A DNA stretch of 64,000 bases from Candidatus Latescibacterota bacterium (GTDB lineage: Bacteria; Latescibacterota; UBA2968; SICM01), in assembly GCA_965217865.1 (NCBI GenBank), contig CBDCJO010000002.1:3488001-3552000 (forward strand). Reading direction: 5' to 3'. The notes beneath the pieces are model-generated. The model searched no databases. It saw only the letters and a list, made by a program, of their open reading frames with translations, and was not told the origin of the DNA. Made by a program: the position numbers and the translations under genes. This document shows positions 1-9,622 of this stretch, piece after piece; position 1 is the stretch's first letter; each line of letters opens with the position of its first letter.

Positions 1-162
1 CGCGCGATGTGGGCGCAACTCGTCGCCCGGCAGGAGAAGTAGCAGCCCCCTTCCGTACCCGGCGGGACATCGTCCCCCGTCCCCGCTTTCCAGGATCAGT
101 CCAGCTTTTCCCGCCCGCCGTCGTTTCGCTATTGACCTAATATCCATGATGTCATATCATAC

Positions 163-295
163 CTGTCCAAAATCGGTTTTTTCTTTGGACAGCATCTTTG
201 GCCAGTGCAACCTGGATTTCAGTCTGCCAGAGGGCAGTGTGTAAAAACAGTCACTTGCTTGTCCAAAAAAGGCCAATTCTGATTTATCTTGGACA
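163..295. promoter_or_regulatory. two inverted-repeat operator-like sites (TGTCCAA...TTGGACA)
   Basis: CTGTCCAAA(163-171)-N12-TTTGGACAG(184-192) and TGTCCAA(260-266)-N22-TTGGACA(289-295) in the intergenic region upstream of the 399/777 genes. Confidence 0.4.
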
Positions 296-398
296 GCAGT
301 GTATATTAAATGGATCCTTCGCCCACCTAAATTCTGATCAGGGCGATCGGGAAGGGGGGTTGATCGAAAAATCGAGTTATGAAAAGGAGGAGACCGAT

Positions 399-695
399 AT
401 GCTGACAAAGCCCGAGATGACAGAGCACATCAGATCGCGTTTCAGGAACGCGAAAGAACGGGCGGGCGTGTTGGTTAGGGCCTTTAGGGTTCGGGTGGAG
501 ATCCTCGCAACCCGAAGACGCCTTCGGGCAAGATTCGCCGAGATGGGTGAAGAGATTTACGAAGGGATGAAGACCGGATCTCAGGATTTGGGGGGTGTAC
601 CGCGTGTGGTATCTCTGAAGGTCCGCATCGATGGCCTTAAGTCAGAGTTGTCCGGCCTTGAGGAAAAACTGAAGAACGTCCTGGAGGGGGCCTGA
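399..695 (+). CDS. small coiled-coil hypothetical protein
   Basis: ATG at 399 preceded by strong SD AAGGAGG; helical, charged 98-aa product; ORF-track start at 198 has no SD. Confidence 0.65.
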   Translation: MLTKPEMTEHIRSRFRNAKERAGVLVRAFRVRVEILATRRRLRARFAEMGEEIYEGMKTGSQDLGGVPRVVSLKVRIDGLKSELSGLEEKLKNVLEGA

Positions 696-776
696 TGGAG
701 GACTGCTTCGGAAAGCCGGCGCGGGTGAGGTAAGAAATCGAACTGTAACGAAGTTGTCGGGGGACTGGCATTTTGA

Positions 777-3650
777 ATGGAGGATGCAATGCAATGTAGG
801 TTGATCGCTGTGTTGTGGATGCTGTATGTTGGTATGTGGCCGGTGGAAGCCGAGGGGAAAGGCGTGTTGATGGGGAAGGTCGTGGACGATCGGGGAAAGG
901 TTTTGCCCGGGGCGACTGTTGTGGTGCAAGGGCATGCGCTTTCCCGGCCGACGGGCGCGATCGTGAGTTCTCAAGGCGCGTATCGCATTGAATTGCCGGC
1001 AGGCACCTACACCATCGGGGTTTCGTTTGTGGGTTACGGTAAGGTTGAAGGCACCAATGTAGTGATCGATTCGGGGGCCACCGTGACGCTGGATTTCACC
1101 CTTGTTGCCGAGGCTCTGATGGGACAACAAATCGTGGTATCGATTTCGCGAAGAAAGGAAAAGGCGCTGGATGCGCCGGCTTCCGTGGCGGTGGTCGATG
1201 CGGCTGACATCAGGGACCGGCAGGCCCTTTCGATCGGCGACTATGTGAAAGCGATGCCGGGCGTGGACCACTCCAAGACGGGGTTGGCGCAGAACAATAC
1301 GGTGATCCGGGGGTTTAACAATGTTTTTTCGGGGACGGTCTTGATGCTGGTGGACAACCGGATCGCCCGGGTGCCTTCGCTGCGGGTCAATGCCAACCAT
1401 TTTATTCCTACCACGGGAGAGGATATCGAGCGCATCGAACTGGTGTTGGGGCCGGGGTCTGCGCTTTATGGGCCCAACAGTGCCAACGGGGTAATGCATA
1501 TCATTACCCGGTCTCCTTTCGGGTCGGAAGGCAACTCGATTTCGGTTTCAGGTGGGGAGCGAAGCTTGCGAAAGGTATCTCTAAGGCATGCCAGCAGCTT
1601 TGACAACAAGATCGGGATCAAGATATCCGGTGAGCACTATGCTGGAAATGATTGGAAGTATGTCGATCCGGTGGAAGTCCAGGCCCGGGGATCCAACCCG
1701 CGAAACTACGATATGGAACGCCAAGCCGGTGAGGTGCGACTGGATTTTCGGCCCAGAGATGAGTTGATGTTGATTGCAACGGGGGGATATACCAGAACAA
1801 CCAACATTGCGTTGACCGGACAGGGTGCCGGACAGGCCGACGATTGGATCTACTCTTTTGCACAAGGCCGGCTGCTTTACAAGGGCTGGTTCGCCCAGGT
1901 TTTTTACAACAAAAGCGACGCGGGCGAAACGCGATTGCTCAGGACGAACAGTCCGATCGTGGACAAATCGTCGCTGACGGTGTTTCAGCTCCAGCACAGT
2001 GCCGGTCCGGGAACGCGGCAGCAGTTTACTTATGGGGTCGATGCGTTGTGGACCCGGCCGAAGACCGGCGGCACGATCCACGGGCAAAATGAAACGGACG
2101 ACGATGTTAACGAATACGGCGTTTACCTTCAGAGTGAGACGAGCCTGAATGATCGGGTGGACGTGGTTTTAGCCGGACGGGTGGACGGGCACAATCACGT
2201 TGAAGATCCGGTCTTTTCGCCCCGGGCGGCTCTGGTTTTCAAGCCCGGTCCGGCGCACACACTGCGGTTTACGTACAACCGGGCCTTTGGTACCCCTTCG
2301 AGCCCGAATCTGTTTCTGGATCTGGTGGCCAGCCCGGATGCGTTTTCACTGGGACGGAACTTCAGTCCGTCGCTGGGGTTCAATCCGGCGGTTGATGTGC
2401 GGACCCAGGGGTCTACGGAAGGGTTCACGTTTCGGCGGGATGGAAACGGGTTACCGATGTTCCGGTCATCGTTTGCGCCGGTTGCAGGGTTGTCCAAAGA
2501 GCACTATTTTCCGTTGCACGATCCTCAGTTCACAAATGTGATGTGGAGCGTTGGCCGTGCGGCGGTACTGGCTCAATTGGTGCCGCAGCTGACCCAGGTG
2601 GCCACCGGCGCGATGACACGGCAGATGGTTGCCGCCGGTTTGGCGCCCGATCAGGCACGGGCTCAAGCTGCACAGCAAGCCGCAGGGCTGGCGGCTGCTT
2701 TTCCAGGCATTGTGCCGACGGTGTTGACGGGGCTCCAAAATGCGGTGGCAAAATTGAATCTGCAAACTACGGAATTTGATCCGGTGGCGAGTCTGACCAA
2801 TGCCGTCGAGGATCTCAAAAGAATTGATCCGACGATCACCGAGACGTTTGAGGTAGGCTACAAGGGGGTTGTGCAGAACAAGCTGATTCTGGCTGCCGAT
2901 TTCTACCGGACCCGAATCCGGGACTTCGTAGGGCCGTTGCGGATTGAAACCCCCAATGTGTTTTTGGAACCGGCGTCACTGCGCGCAGGATTGTCAACAG
3001 CGTTTGGTCAAGCGCTGCAGGACCCGGCAAATGCTCAACTGGCAGAGGCTCTGGCAGCGCTGGATGCGCCCACACTGGGTGGAAATGGAAATGGGTCAGT
3101 GGTAGACGAACTGACCACAACGTTTACGACCAATACGGCGAGAATCCCGTATGGGACCATCACGGCCGAACAGGCAACCGATCCAGTGGCCGTGATGCTG
3201 ACCTATCGAAATTTTGGCAAGGTGACGATCTACGGCGCGGATCTGGCCTTTGCCTATTATCCCGACGATGCCTGGACGGTTACGGGAAACTTTTCGTATG
3301 TTAGCGAAGATCTGTTTCCAAATCTGGACAACCTCGGAGATGTTGCGTTGAATGCGCCCACCCGGAAATTCAACCTCGGCATCGAATACAAAGTGCCCAA
3401 TACCCGTTTGAGCCTGGGTGGGGAAGTGCGTTATCGAGGGAAATTCCCGATGAGTTCGGGCGTGTTTGTCGGACCTGTGGATTCTTATGCCGTGGTGGAT
3501 GGGAACGCCGCCTACGAAATTCCTATGGGGCAGGCGCGTGTGACGTTGAGTTTGGATGCCAGCAACCTTCTGAACCGAAAATACCGGTCTTTTGTGGGGG
3601 CGCCGGAAATTGGACGGCTGGTGTCGGCAGGATTGACGGTTCGTTTCTGA
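777..3650 (+). CDS. TonB-dependent receptor with N-terminal carboxypeptidase-regulatory-like domain
   Basis: signal peptide; GKVVD..LPGATV Ig-like domain; plug motifs (VVSISRR, IRGFN, IERIELVLGPGSALYG.N..GV); C-terminal beta-strand ending in F. Confidence 0.95.
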   Translation: MEDAMQCRLIAVLWMLYVGMWPVEAEGKGVLMGKVVDDRGKVLPGATVVVQGHALSRPTGAIVSSQGAYRIELPAGTYTIGVSFVGYGKVEGTNVVIDSGATVTLDFTLVAEALMGQQIVVSISRRKEKALDAPASVAVVDAADIRDRQALSIGDYVKAMPGVDHSKTGLAQNNTVIRGFNNVFSGTVLMLVDNRIARVPSLRVNANHFIPTTGEDIERIELVLGPGSALYGPNSANGVMHIITRSPFGSEGNSISVSGGERSLRKVSLRHASSFDNKIGIKISGEHYAGNDWKYVDPVEVQARGSNPRNYDMERQAGEVRLDFRPRDELMLIATGGYTRTTNIALTGQGAGQADDWIYSFAQGRLLYKGWFAQVFYNKSDAGETRLLRTNSPIVDKSSLTVFQLQHSAGPGTRQQFTYGVDALWTRPKTGGTIHGQNETDDDVNEYGVYLQSETSLNDRVDVVLAGRVDGHNHVEDPVFSPRAALVFKPGPAHTLRFTYNRAFGTPSSPNLFLDLVASPDAFSLGRNFSPSLGFNPAVDVRTQGSTEGFTFRRDGNGLPMFRSSFAPVAGLSKEHYFPLHDPQFTNVMWSVGRAAVLAQLVPQLTQVATGAMTRQMVAAGLAPDQARAQAAQQAAGLAAAFPGIVPTVLTGLQNAVAKLNLQTTEFDPVASLTNAVEDLKRIDPTITETFEVGYKGVVQNKLILAADFYRTRIRDFVGPLRIETPNVFLEPASLRAGLSTAFGQALQDPANAQLAEALAALDAPTLGGNGNGSVVDELTTTFTTNTARIPYGTITAEQATDPVAVMLTYRNFGKVTIYGADLAFAYYPDDAWTVTGNFSYVSEDLFPNLDNLGDVALNAPTRKFNLGIEYKVPNTRLSLGGEVRYRGKFPMSSGVFVGPVDSYAVVDGNAAYEIPMGQARVTLSLDASNLLNRKYRSFVGAPEIGRLVSAGLTVRF

Positions 3651-3696
3651 ATCGCAGAGGGCCAACGATCCCCTCGGCCCGACCCCGGGAGGTCAA

Positions 3697-4779
3697 GTGG
3701 TCAACAAGATCAACGAGGTCGACTTCAACAACCTGAGCGAACGCCAGCATTTCGGCGACATCTACGAACAGATCCTCAACGACCTGCAATCGGCGGGCAA
3801 TGCGGGCGAGTACTACACGCCCCGCGCCGTCACCGCCTTTATGGTGGACCGCATCGACCCGAAACCGGGCGAGACCCTGTTTGACCCCGCCTGCGGCACC
3901 GGCGGCTTCCTGACCTGTTCTTTGCGCCACATGCGTGATCGCTACGTCAAGCGGCCCGAGGATGAGCAGACCATGCAGGCAGCCCTGCGCGCCGTAGAGA
4001 AGAAGCAGCTTCCACACATGCTCTGCGTCACCAACATGCTACTGAACGGCATCGAGGATCCGGGCTTCGTCCGCCACGACAACACCCTGGCCCGTCCCTA
4101 TATCGGCTGGGGGCGGAGGGACCGGGTGGACATTGTGCTCACCAATCCGCCTTTTGGCGGCAAGGAAGAAGACGGCATCGAGAGCAACTTCCCGCAGTAC
4201 TTCCGGACCAAGGAAACGGCGGACCTGTTCCTGGCCTTGATTGTCCGCCTGCTGAAGCCGACTGGTCGCGCTGCCGTGGTTTTGCCCGACGGTACGCTGT
4301 TCGGCGAAGGCGTCAAGACGCGGCTCAAGGAGCATCTGATGGAGGAGTGCAACCTGCACACCATCGTTCGCCTTCCGAACTCCGTGTTCCGTCCCTATGC
4401 TTCCATCGGCACCAACCTGCTGTTCTTCGAGAAGGGTGAGCCGACCGGGGACATCTGGTTCTACGAGCACCGCGTGCCCGAAGGCCAGAAGGCTTATTCC
4501 ATGACCAAGCCGATTCGGCTGGAACATCTGCAGGGCTGCATCGACTGGTGGGGCGGGGTGGACCGCAAGGGCCGCGAAGAGACCGAACGTGCCTGGAAGG
4601 TGACGGCGGATGAGGTCAAGGAGCGCGACTACAACCTGGACATCAAGAACCCGCACATGCGGGAAGACGATCACGGCGATCCGGTGGAGCTTCTGGAGAA
4701 ACTGACCGCCGCTGAGGCCGAGACGGCAGACTTGCGGAATCGGTTGAAGGCAATTCTGGCTGAGGTGCTGACCCAATGA
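3697..4779 (+). pseudogene. hsdM: type I R-M methyltransferase subunit, 5'-truncated
   Basis: GEYYTPR, DPACGTGGFL (motif I), NPPF (motif IV), YNLDIKNP tail; starts mid-protein with no SD, N-terminal HsdM domain missing. Confidence 0.85.
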
Positions 4780-6464
4780 ACGCCGACCAACTGCTCGCTC
4801 ATTACGAACGGATCGCCGACGCGCCCGACGCGATCATGCGCTTGCGCCGCTTCATTCTCGACTTGGCCGTGCTTGGCAAGCTGGTGGAGCAGGACCCGAA
4901 CGACGAACCGGCGGCCATCTTGTTGGCAGGAGGAAAGCGATGTAAACCGCAAAAATCTCGCCACGCAGACACTCCCGGTTGGCTGGTCTTTCCTGTTGGC
5001 GCGTTGTTGGAATTTCGATACGGCAAAGGGAAGAAGGCCAGCGAACGAATAAATGAAGGACCGGTACCAGTATTCGGATCAAATGGGATCGTAGGGTACT
5101 GCGAGACACCGCTGACCGAAGCTCCGTCGATAATAGTGGGTCGCAAGGGTTCAGCCGGTGCGCTTAACCTGTGCAACGGCTCATCGTGGACCACGGACGT
5201 TGCCTACTTCGTAGAAGCACCTAACTTCTTCGATCTCCGGTACCTGTTGATTGGACTCCAGGCGCTCCATCTCGAATCACTCGGAAAGGGTGTCAAACCG
5301 GGCTTAAGTCGTTCCGACGTTTACGATCTGCCGCTAAGCGTTCCACCCCTCGCCGAACAACACCGTATCGTCGACAAGGTCGATGAACTCATGGTCCTGT
5401 GCAACCGGCTGGAGGAGGCGCGCACAGAACGTGAGGAGACGCGCGACCGGTTGTCGGTGGCAAGCCTTGACCGCCTCAATGCGCCCGATCCCGACCTGGG
5501 GGTATTTCAGAACCACGCTGCCTTCGCCCTCGACAACCTCATCCCGCTCACCACACGCCCCGACCAGATCAAGGCCCTGCGCCAGGCCATCCTTAACCTC
5601 GCAGTGCGCGGCAAGCTGGTGCCACAGAACCCGAACGACGAACCGGCGGCGGAGTTGCTGAAGCGGATTGAGTCAGAGAAGGCGCGGCTGGTGAAGGCGG
5701 GGGTGATTAGGAGGCCGAAAGTTCCGGTATTGCTTAGCGGTGATGAGCTTCCGTTCCACCTACCTAGAGCATGGGCGTGGACTCAGATCGCAGAACTTGG
5801 CGTGATCAGTCCGCGCAATGATTCTCGTGACGATCACGTAGCATCCTTCGTTCCGATGCCTATGATTCCAGCAGAATATGGCGCTACGAACGTTCACGAG
5901 CCCCGCCAGTGGGGTGAGATCAAGAAGGGCTACACTCATTTTGCCGAGGGCGATGTCGGGCTGGCAAAAATCACGCCGTGCTTTGAGAATGGTAAATCCA
6001 TCGTCTTCCGCAATCTGACTGGCGGCATTGGGAGTGGCACGACCGAGTTGCATGTCGTATGTCCTATCTTTGTGGATGCTGACTACATCGTACTGTTTCT
6101 GAAGACCCCACACTTCATTGAGACGGGTATCCCGAGGATGACAGGCACAGCGGGTCAAAAACGCGTGCCAGCAGAGTACTTCGCGAACTCACCATTCCCT
6201 CTCCCGCCCCTCGCCGAACAACACCACATCGTGGCCAAGGTCGATGAACTCATGGCCCTGTGTGACCGACTGAAGACGAGCCTTGCCACCGGCGACGAAA
6301 CTCGCCGTTGCCTGTTTGACGCGCTATTGCACGAAGCGCTGTCGCCGAACAAAGAGGAAATCCGGCAGAATATCTCCACGATCGCTCAAGAACTGCCGGA
6401 TGAAACGCCCGGATCACCCAAAGTGCTGACCGAGCCAACACCGATCCGTACGTCACTTGAATGA
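4776..6464 (+). CDS. hsdS: type I R-M specificity subunit
   Basis: two TRDs, each followed by PPLAEQ..IV.KVDELM and LAV.GKLV.Q.PNDEPA conserved regions; ATGA overlap with hsdM. Confidence 0.93.
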   Translation: MNADQLLAHYERIADAPDAIMRLRRFILDLAVLGKLVEQDPNDEPAAILLAGGKRCKPQKSRHADTPGWLVFPVGALLEFRYGKGKKASERINEGPVPVFGSNGIVGYCETPLTEAPSIIVGRKGSAGALNLCNGSSWTTDVAYFVEAPNFFDLRYLLIGLQALHLESLGKGVKPGLSRSDVYDLPLSVPPLAEQHRIVDKVDELMVLCNRLEEARTEREETRDRLSVASLDRLNAPDPDLGVFQNHAAFALDNLIPLTTRPDQIKALRQAILNLAVRGKLVPQNPNDEPAAELLKRIESEKARLVKAGVIRRPKVPVLLSGDELPFHLPRAWAWTQIAELGVISPRNDSRDDHVASFVPMPMIPAEYGATNVHEPRQWGEIKKGYTHFAEGDVGLAKITPCFENGKSIVFRNLTGGIGSGTTELHVVCPIFVDADYIVLFLKTPHFIETGIPRMTGTAGQKRVPAEYFANSPFPLPPLAEQHHIVAKVDELMALCDRLKTSLATGDETRRCLFDALLHEALSPNKEEIRQNISTIAQELPDETPGSPKVLTEPTPIRTSLE

Positions 6465-7840
6465 GCCTTCCAGACATCAATTTCGAGAATATCCGCTCGT
6501 TCGACGGAAGCCGCCACGCCGGGTTTGAGAAAATGTGTTGCCAACTCGCCTCTTTGGAACCAGCACCCACGGGAGATAAATTCTATCCAAAAGGCCGAGG
6601 CGGCGACGCTGGTGTCGAATGCTACCGCCGCCGTGCAGACGGGAAGGAAGTCGGATGGCAAGCCAAGTATCTCTTTAGCTGGAATGCAAGCCCGGCAGCA
6701 CAGCTTGACGATTCAATACGCACGGCGTTGAATAAGCACCCGAATCTCGTTGAGTACATCGTCTGCCTTCCGTTCGATCTTCCCGATTCCCGAACCGGCA
6801 AGGGCAAGACCGCACAAGAGAAGTGGGACGCTTGGTGCGCGAAATGGAAGGAGTTCGCCACATCGCGGAAGCGTGACCTAACTATCAGGCTGTGGGGCAA
6901 GAGCGAACTCAGCCTTCGTCTGGTGAGAGAGGACCCTGCCCACTCTGGTCGCCTTCTCTACTGGTTCGGCCGCGAGGCCCTCACAGCGGATTGGTTCAAG
7001 GAGCAATTTGGCAAGGCACGGGCATCACTGGGCAGCCGATACACTTCCGAAACAAACGTTGAACTCCCAATTAGACAAGACCTCCTCGCCTTTGCGCGCC
7101 ATCCTGATCTTCAGAAGCAGATCGATGGGTGGTTTTTCCATGTCATCGAGAAAGGAAGCAATGCAGTAAGAGCCATACGCAGAACGGGTGCGGAGGCAGC
7201 TAAAACCCATTCCGATCCTCTGGCTGAAGCAATTCGTGCGTTGACGTCTTTGCTTGACGGGGATCCGATCGGTCCCGACCAACCCTATCCCGTAAACGAT
7301 TGGGCTTCCGAAGCTTCAAACTGTCTCAATCTTGCTGGAAAGGCACTTCGCTGGTCCTACGACCTTCCGTCTTCCAAACCCGATAGTATGGGTATCAGGC
7401 CCGAACGCGAGGCGCAACATGACCTCCATGAACTGATGGAGGTGTTGCATGAAATCGAGAGTGTAGTCGCTTCGAACCGTTGGCAGCTAAGCAATAGGAA
7501 GGCGGTTCTTCTGCAAGGCCCGGCGGGGATCGGTAAGTCCCATTTGCTTGCCGACATCGTGGAGCACCATCTTCACGAAGGCGGGCAGGCGCTGCTCCTT
7601 CTTGGCGGTGATTTTATCGACAATGAGCCGTGGCCGCAGATTCGCGACCAACTCGATCTCCCACCAACGGAGCAGTTCAAGCACTTCCTCGGGAGTCTGG
7701 ACGCAGCAGCGCAGGCCGTCGGCATGAGAGCAATTCTGTGCATCGATGCTTTGAACGAACGCAACGGCGTTAATGTCTGGCCGCAGCGTCTCGCAGCCTT
7801 TCTCAATACTTTCGAGGCTTTCCCGCGAGTCGGCGTTATA
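6461..7840 (+). pseudogene. Avs(AVAST)-like STAND NTPase with N-terminal PD-(D/E)xK/Mrr-like nuclease, 3'-truncated
   Basis: FEKMCCQLA...DAGVE...GWQAKY nuclease motif; Walker A GPAGIGKS; Walker B LCIDALNE; homology ends near 7840 and the ORF tail to 8047 is junction read-through. Confidence 0.7.
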
Positions 7841-8226
7841 CAACGCGAACACCCTGGCCAACATCGCGGCAGACCGGGCCGGCCTTCTCGGAAGAAAACA
7901 GGATCTCCGGGGCAGCAGAGTGGCCACGATCCACGCCGTCAAAAAGCGATTCTTCGAGGTTCTTCAGGCGGAGAAGCTGTTGGCGTTGAACCAGGAATCG
8001 GTTCGCACGGCGGAGGAATCCCTCCGTCGCTCGAAGACCATGTATGAGATCGGATCGGTGGCGTATCGGACGTGCTGAAGGCCAGGTCCGCTCTCGAAGC
8101 CCTGAAGGTGACCGTGATCACCCAGGACAACGAGATGAAGATCGCTCGGTCAAACCTGGCTTTCGTTCTCGGGATTGACGTCAACCGTTCGATTCGGCTG
8201 AAAGCCGGTGACCTCACCGTCGACCG
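7838..8226 (+). pseudogene. TolC-family outer-membrane efflux protein, internal fragment (frameshifted)
   Basis: VKKRFFEVLQAEKLLALNQESVRTAEESLRRSKTMYEIGSVA then DVLKARSAL...IARSNLAFVLG in another frame. Confidence 0.7.
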
Positions 8227-8433
8227 TCAAAGGTGAGTTCGTCCTAAAAACGATTTCTCTTATAGCAAGGAATCTACGAAGACATACGGGTTTCTTTTTG
8301 GTGGGGAGGTATCTGCGAAGTGCGGGAGATATGCTGAAATGGTGGAATCTGCGTAATGGTTCGTGGATTCCGTAAGTTAGCTGCAATTGTGGCCATCGTA
8401 GCTGCTGCCTTCCTGCCCGCCTTGAAAATCTTA

Positions 8434-8473
8434 TTGACAAGCCCAGTACCTTGAGAGTATATTATATTATAAT
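8434..8473 (+). promoter_or_regulatory. sigma70-type promoter
   Basis: TTGACA at 8434-8439, TATATT at 8458-8463 (18-nt spacer), also TATAAT at 8468-8473. Confidence 0.6.
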
Positions 8474-8475
8474 CA

Positions 8476-8593
8476 TCGCGTGAAGGGCGCGACCGAGTCC
8501 ACAAAAAGGGTCTTACCCACCTTCCCTTCCTCCTTCGAACCTTCTTTCGCTCTGTTGATGTGGACAACAGAGGAGCGATGAAAGGGGTTCGTT
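8476..8593 (+). ncRNA. putative structured cis-regulatory 5' leader RNA (double pseudoknot, RBS-sequestering)
   Basis: hairpin TCGCG/CGCGA whose loop GAAGGG complements CCCTTC (8524-8529); long hairpin 8536-8591 covering the SD, whose loop TGTGGAC complements GTCCACA (8497-8503). Confidence 0.55.
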
Positions 8594-9301
8594 ATGCACA
8601 AGAGGTTGTCCCGTCGTCCCAGTGTTGAGTTCTACCATAAGCAGGCGAATCGGTTTCTCAAGGCGCATCGGAAGGGTGATGCGGAGATTCGCAACCGACT
8701 CTTTGCGTCCCTTCCCGAATTGGGAAACGTGACGGAAAAGGGTAAACTCGCAACGCGGTTGAGTCTCAAGGACATGCTTCGAATGATCGCGCTGGAGCAC
8801 GGTTTCAGAACGTGGGCGGATATGAAGAGGGAGATTGTCAGCAGACGTATCATTGCGCTCCCTGCATTCTCAAGTATTGCTGGTGGACTCTACGAGCAGA
8901 GAATAATGGTAATAATGAAGCATGTGGCGAAGGCCAGCATGCACTGGGGTGAGGCGCTCAAGTACACGGAAGTGACATATGATCGTGTGAGGTTCACTGA
9001 GGAAGGCAGGATTGGAGCAGTGATCTGCCACGCGGAACGGTCCCGAGTACGGGACATAGAGGTAGCACCAAGTGATGAGATGTCAAGCTGGCGCTTTTCG
9101 GATGCACGCGATGGTGAAGAATTCTACGTGGGTGGTACAACATTGCATCTGAGCGATAGATTGCAGTCGCATCCGTCGCAAAAGGTGAGGTCTCTGGCGG
9201 CTCAGCACCGGCGGGATAACAGAGCAGGAAGGGGAACAAACCAACAGCTCGATGAGCTCTTGGCAGCAGTGACCGAGTCGGAGGTACCTGCGGCCAGCTA
9301 A
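8594..9301 (+). CDS. hypothetical protein with an N-terminal helical domain of the 'RPS.E...KQA..L...IA.E.GF..W' type
   Basis: MHKRLSRRPSVEFYHKQANRFLKA...IALEHGFRTWADMK resembles the small N-terminal domain recalled on many ankyrin-repeat proteins; own promoter and SD. Confidence 0.7.
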   Translation: MHKRLSRRPSVEFYHKQANRFLKAHRKGDAEIRNRLFASLPELGNVTEKGKLATRLSLKDMLRMIALEHGFRTWADMKREIVSRRIIALPAFSSIAGGLYEQRIMVIMKHVAKASMHWGEALKYTEVTYDRVRFTEEGRIGAVICHAERSRVRDIEVAPSDEMSSWRFSDARDGEEFYVGGTTLHLSDRLQSHPSQKVRSLAAQHRRDNRAGRGTNQQLDELLAAVTESEVPAAS

Positions 9302-9622
9302 GTCCGTGTTGCCGCTCAGTTCCCGCATTAAATAATTTGATCTCATAGAATATTCCCGCCAGGTGTTCCACTCTTGGCGGGGATTTCTATATTAAGCAAA
9401 CGTGAATGCTTTGTACCGCCCCCATCCTGGCGGGGTGGAAGATTAGATTGGGATCCACAACAGCAGCTAACAGCACGCTCCCGGCTCGCTAACGCTCTAC
9501 CCAAATGGCCACGGGCTTAACTTTTCGTCGATCGGAAGACAATTTATCTTTTCGGCAGGCGTGGCCATTTTGTATCTATTCTGAGATAACAAGAGAAAAG
9601 CAGATAAAGGTCCAAGCAAGAT

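Noticed and set aside
767-781. Sigma54 promoter upstream of the TonB receptor
   Set aside because: TGGCAT is present but the -12 GC is absent and the site overlaps the RBS/start
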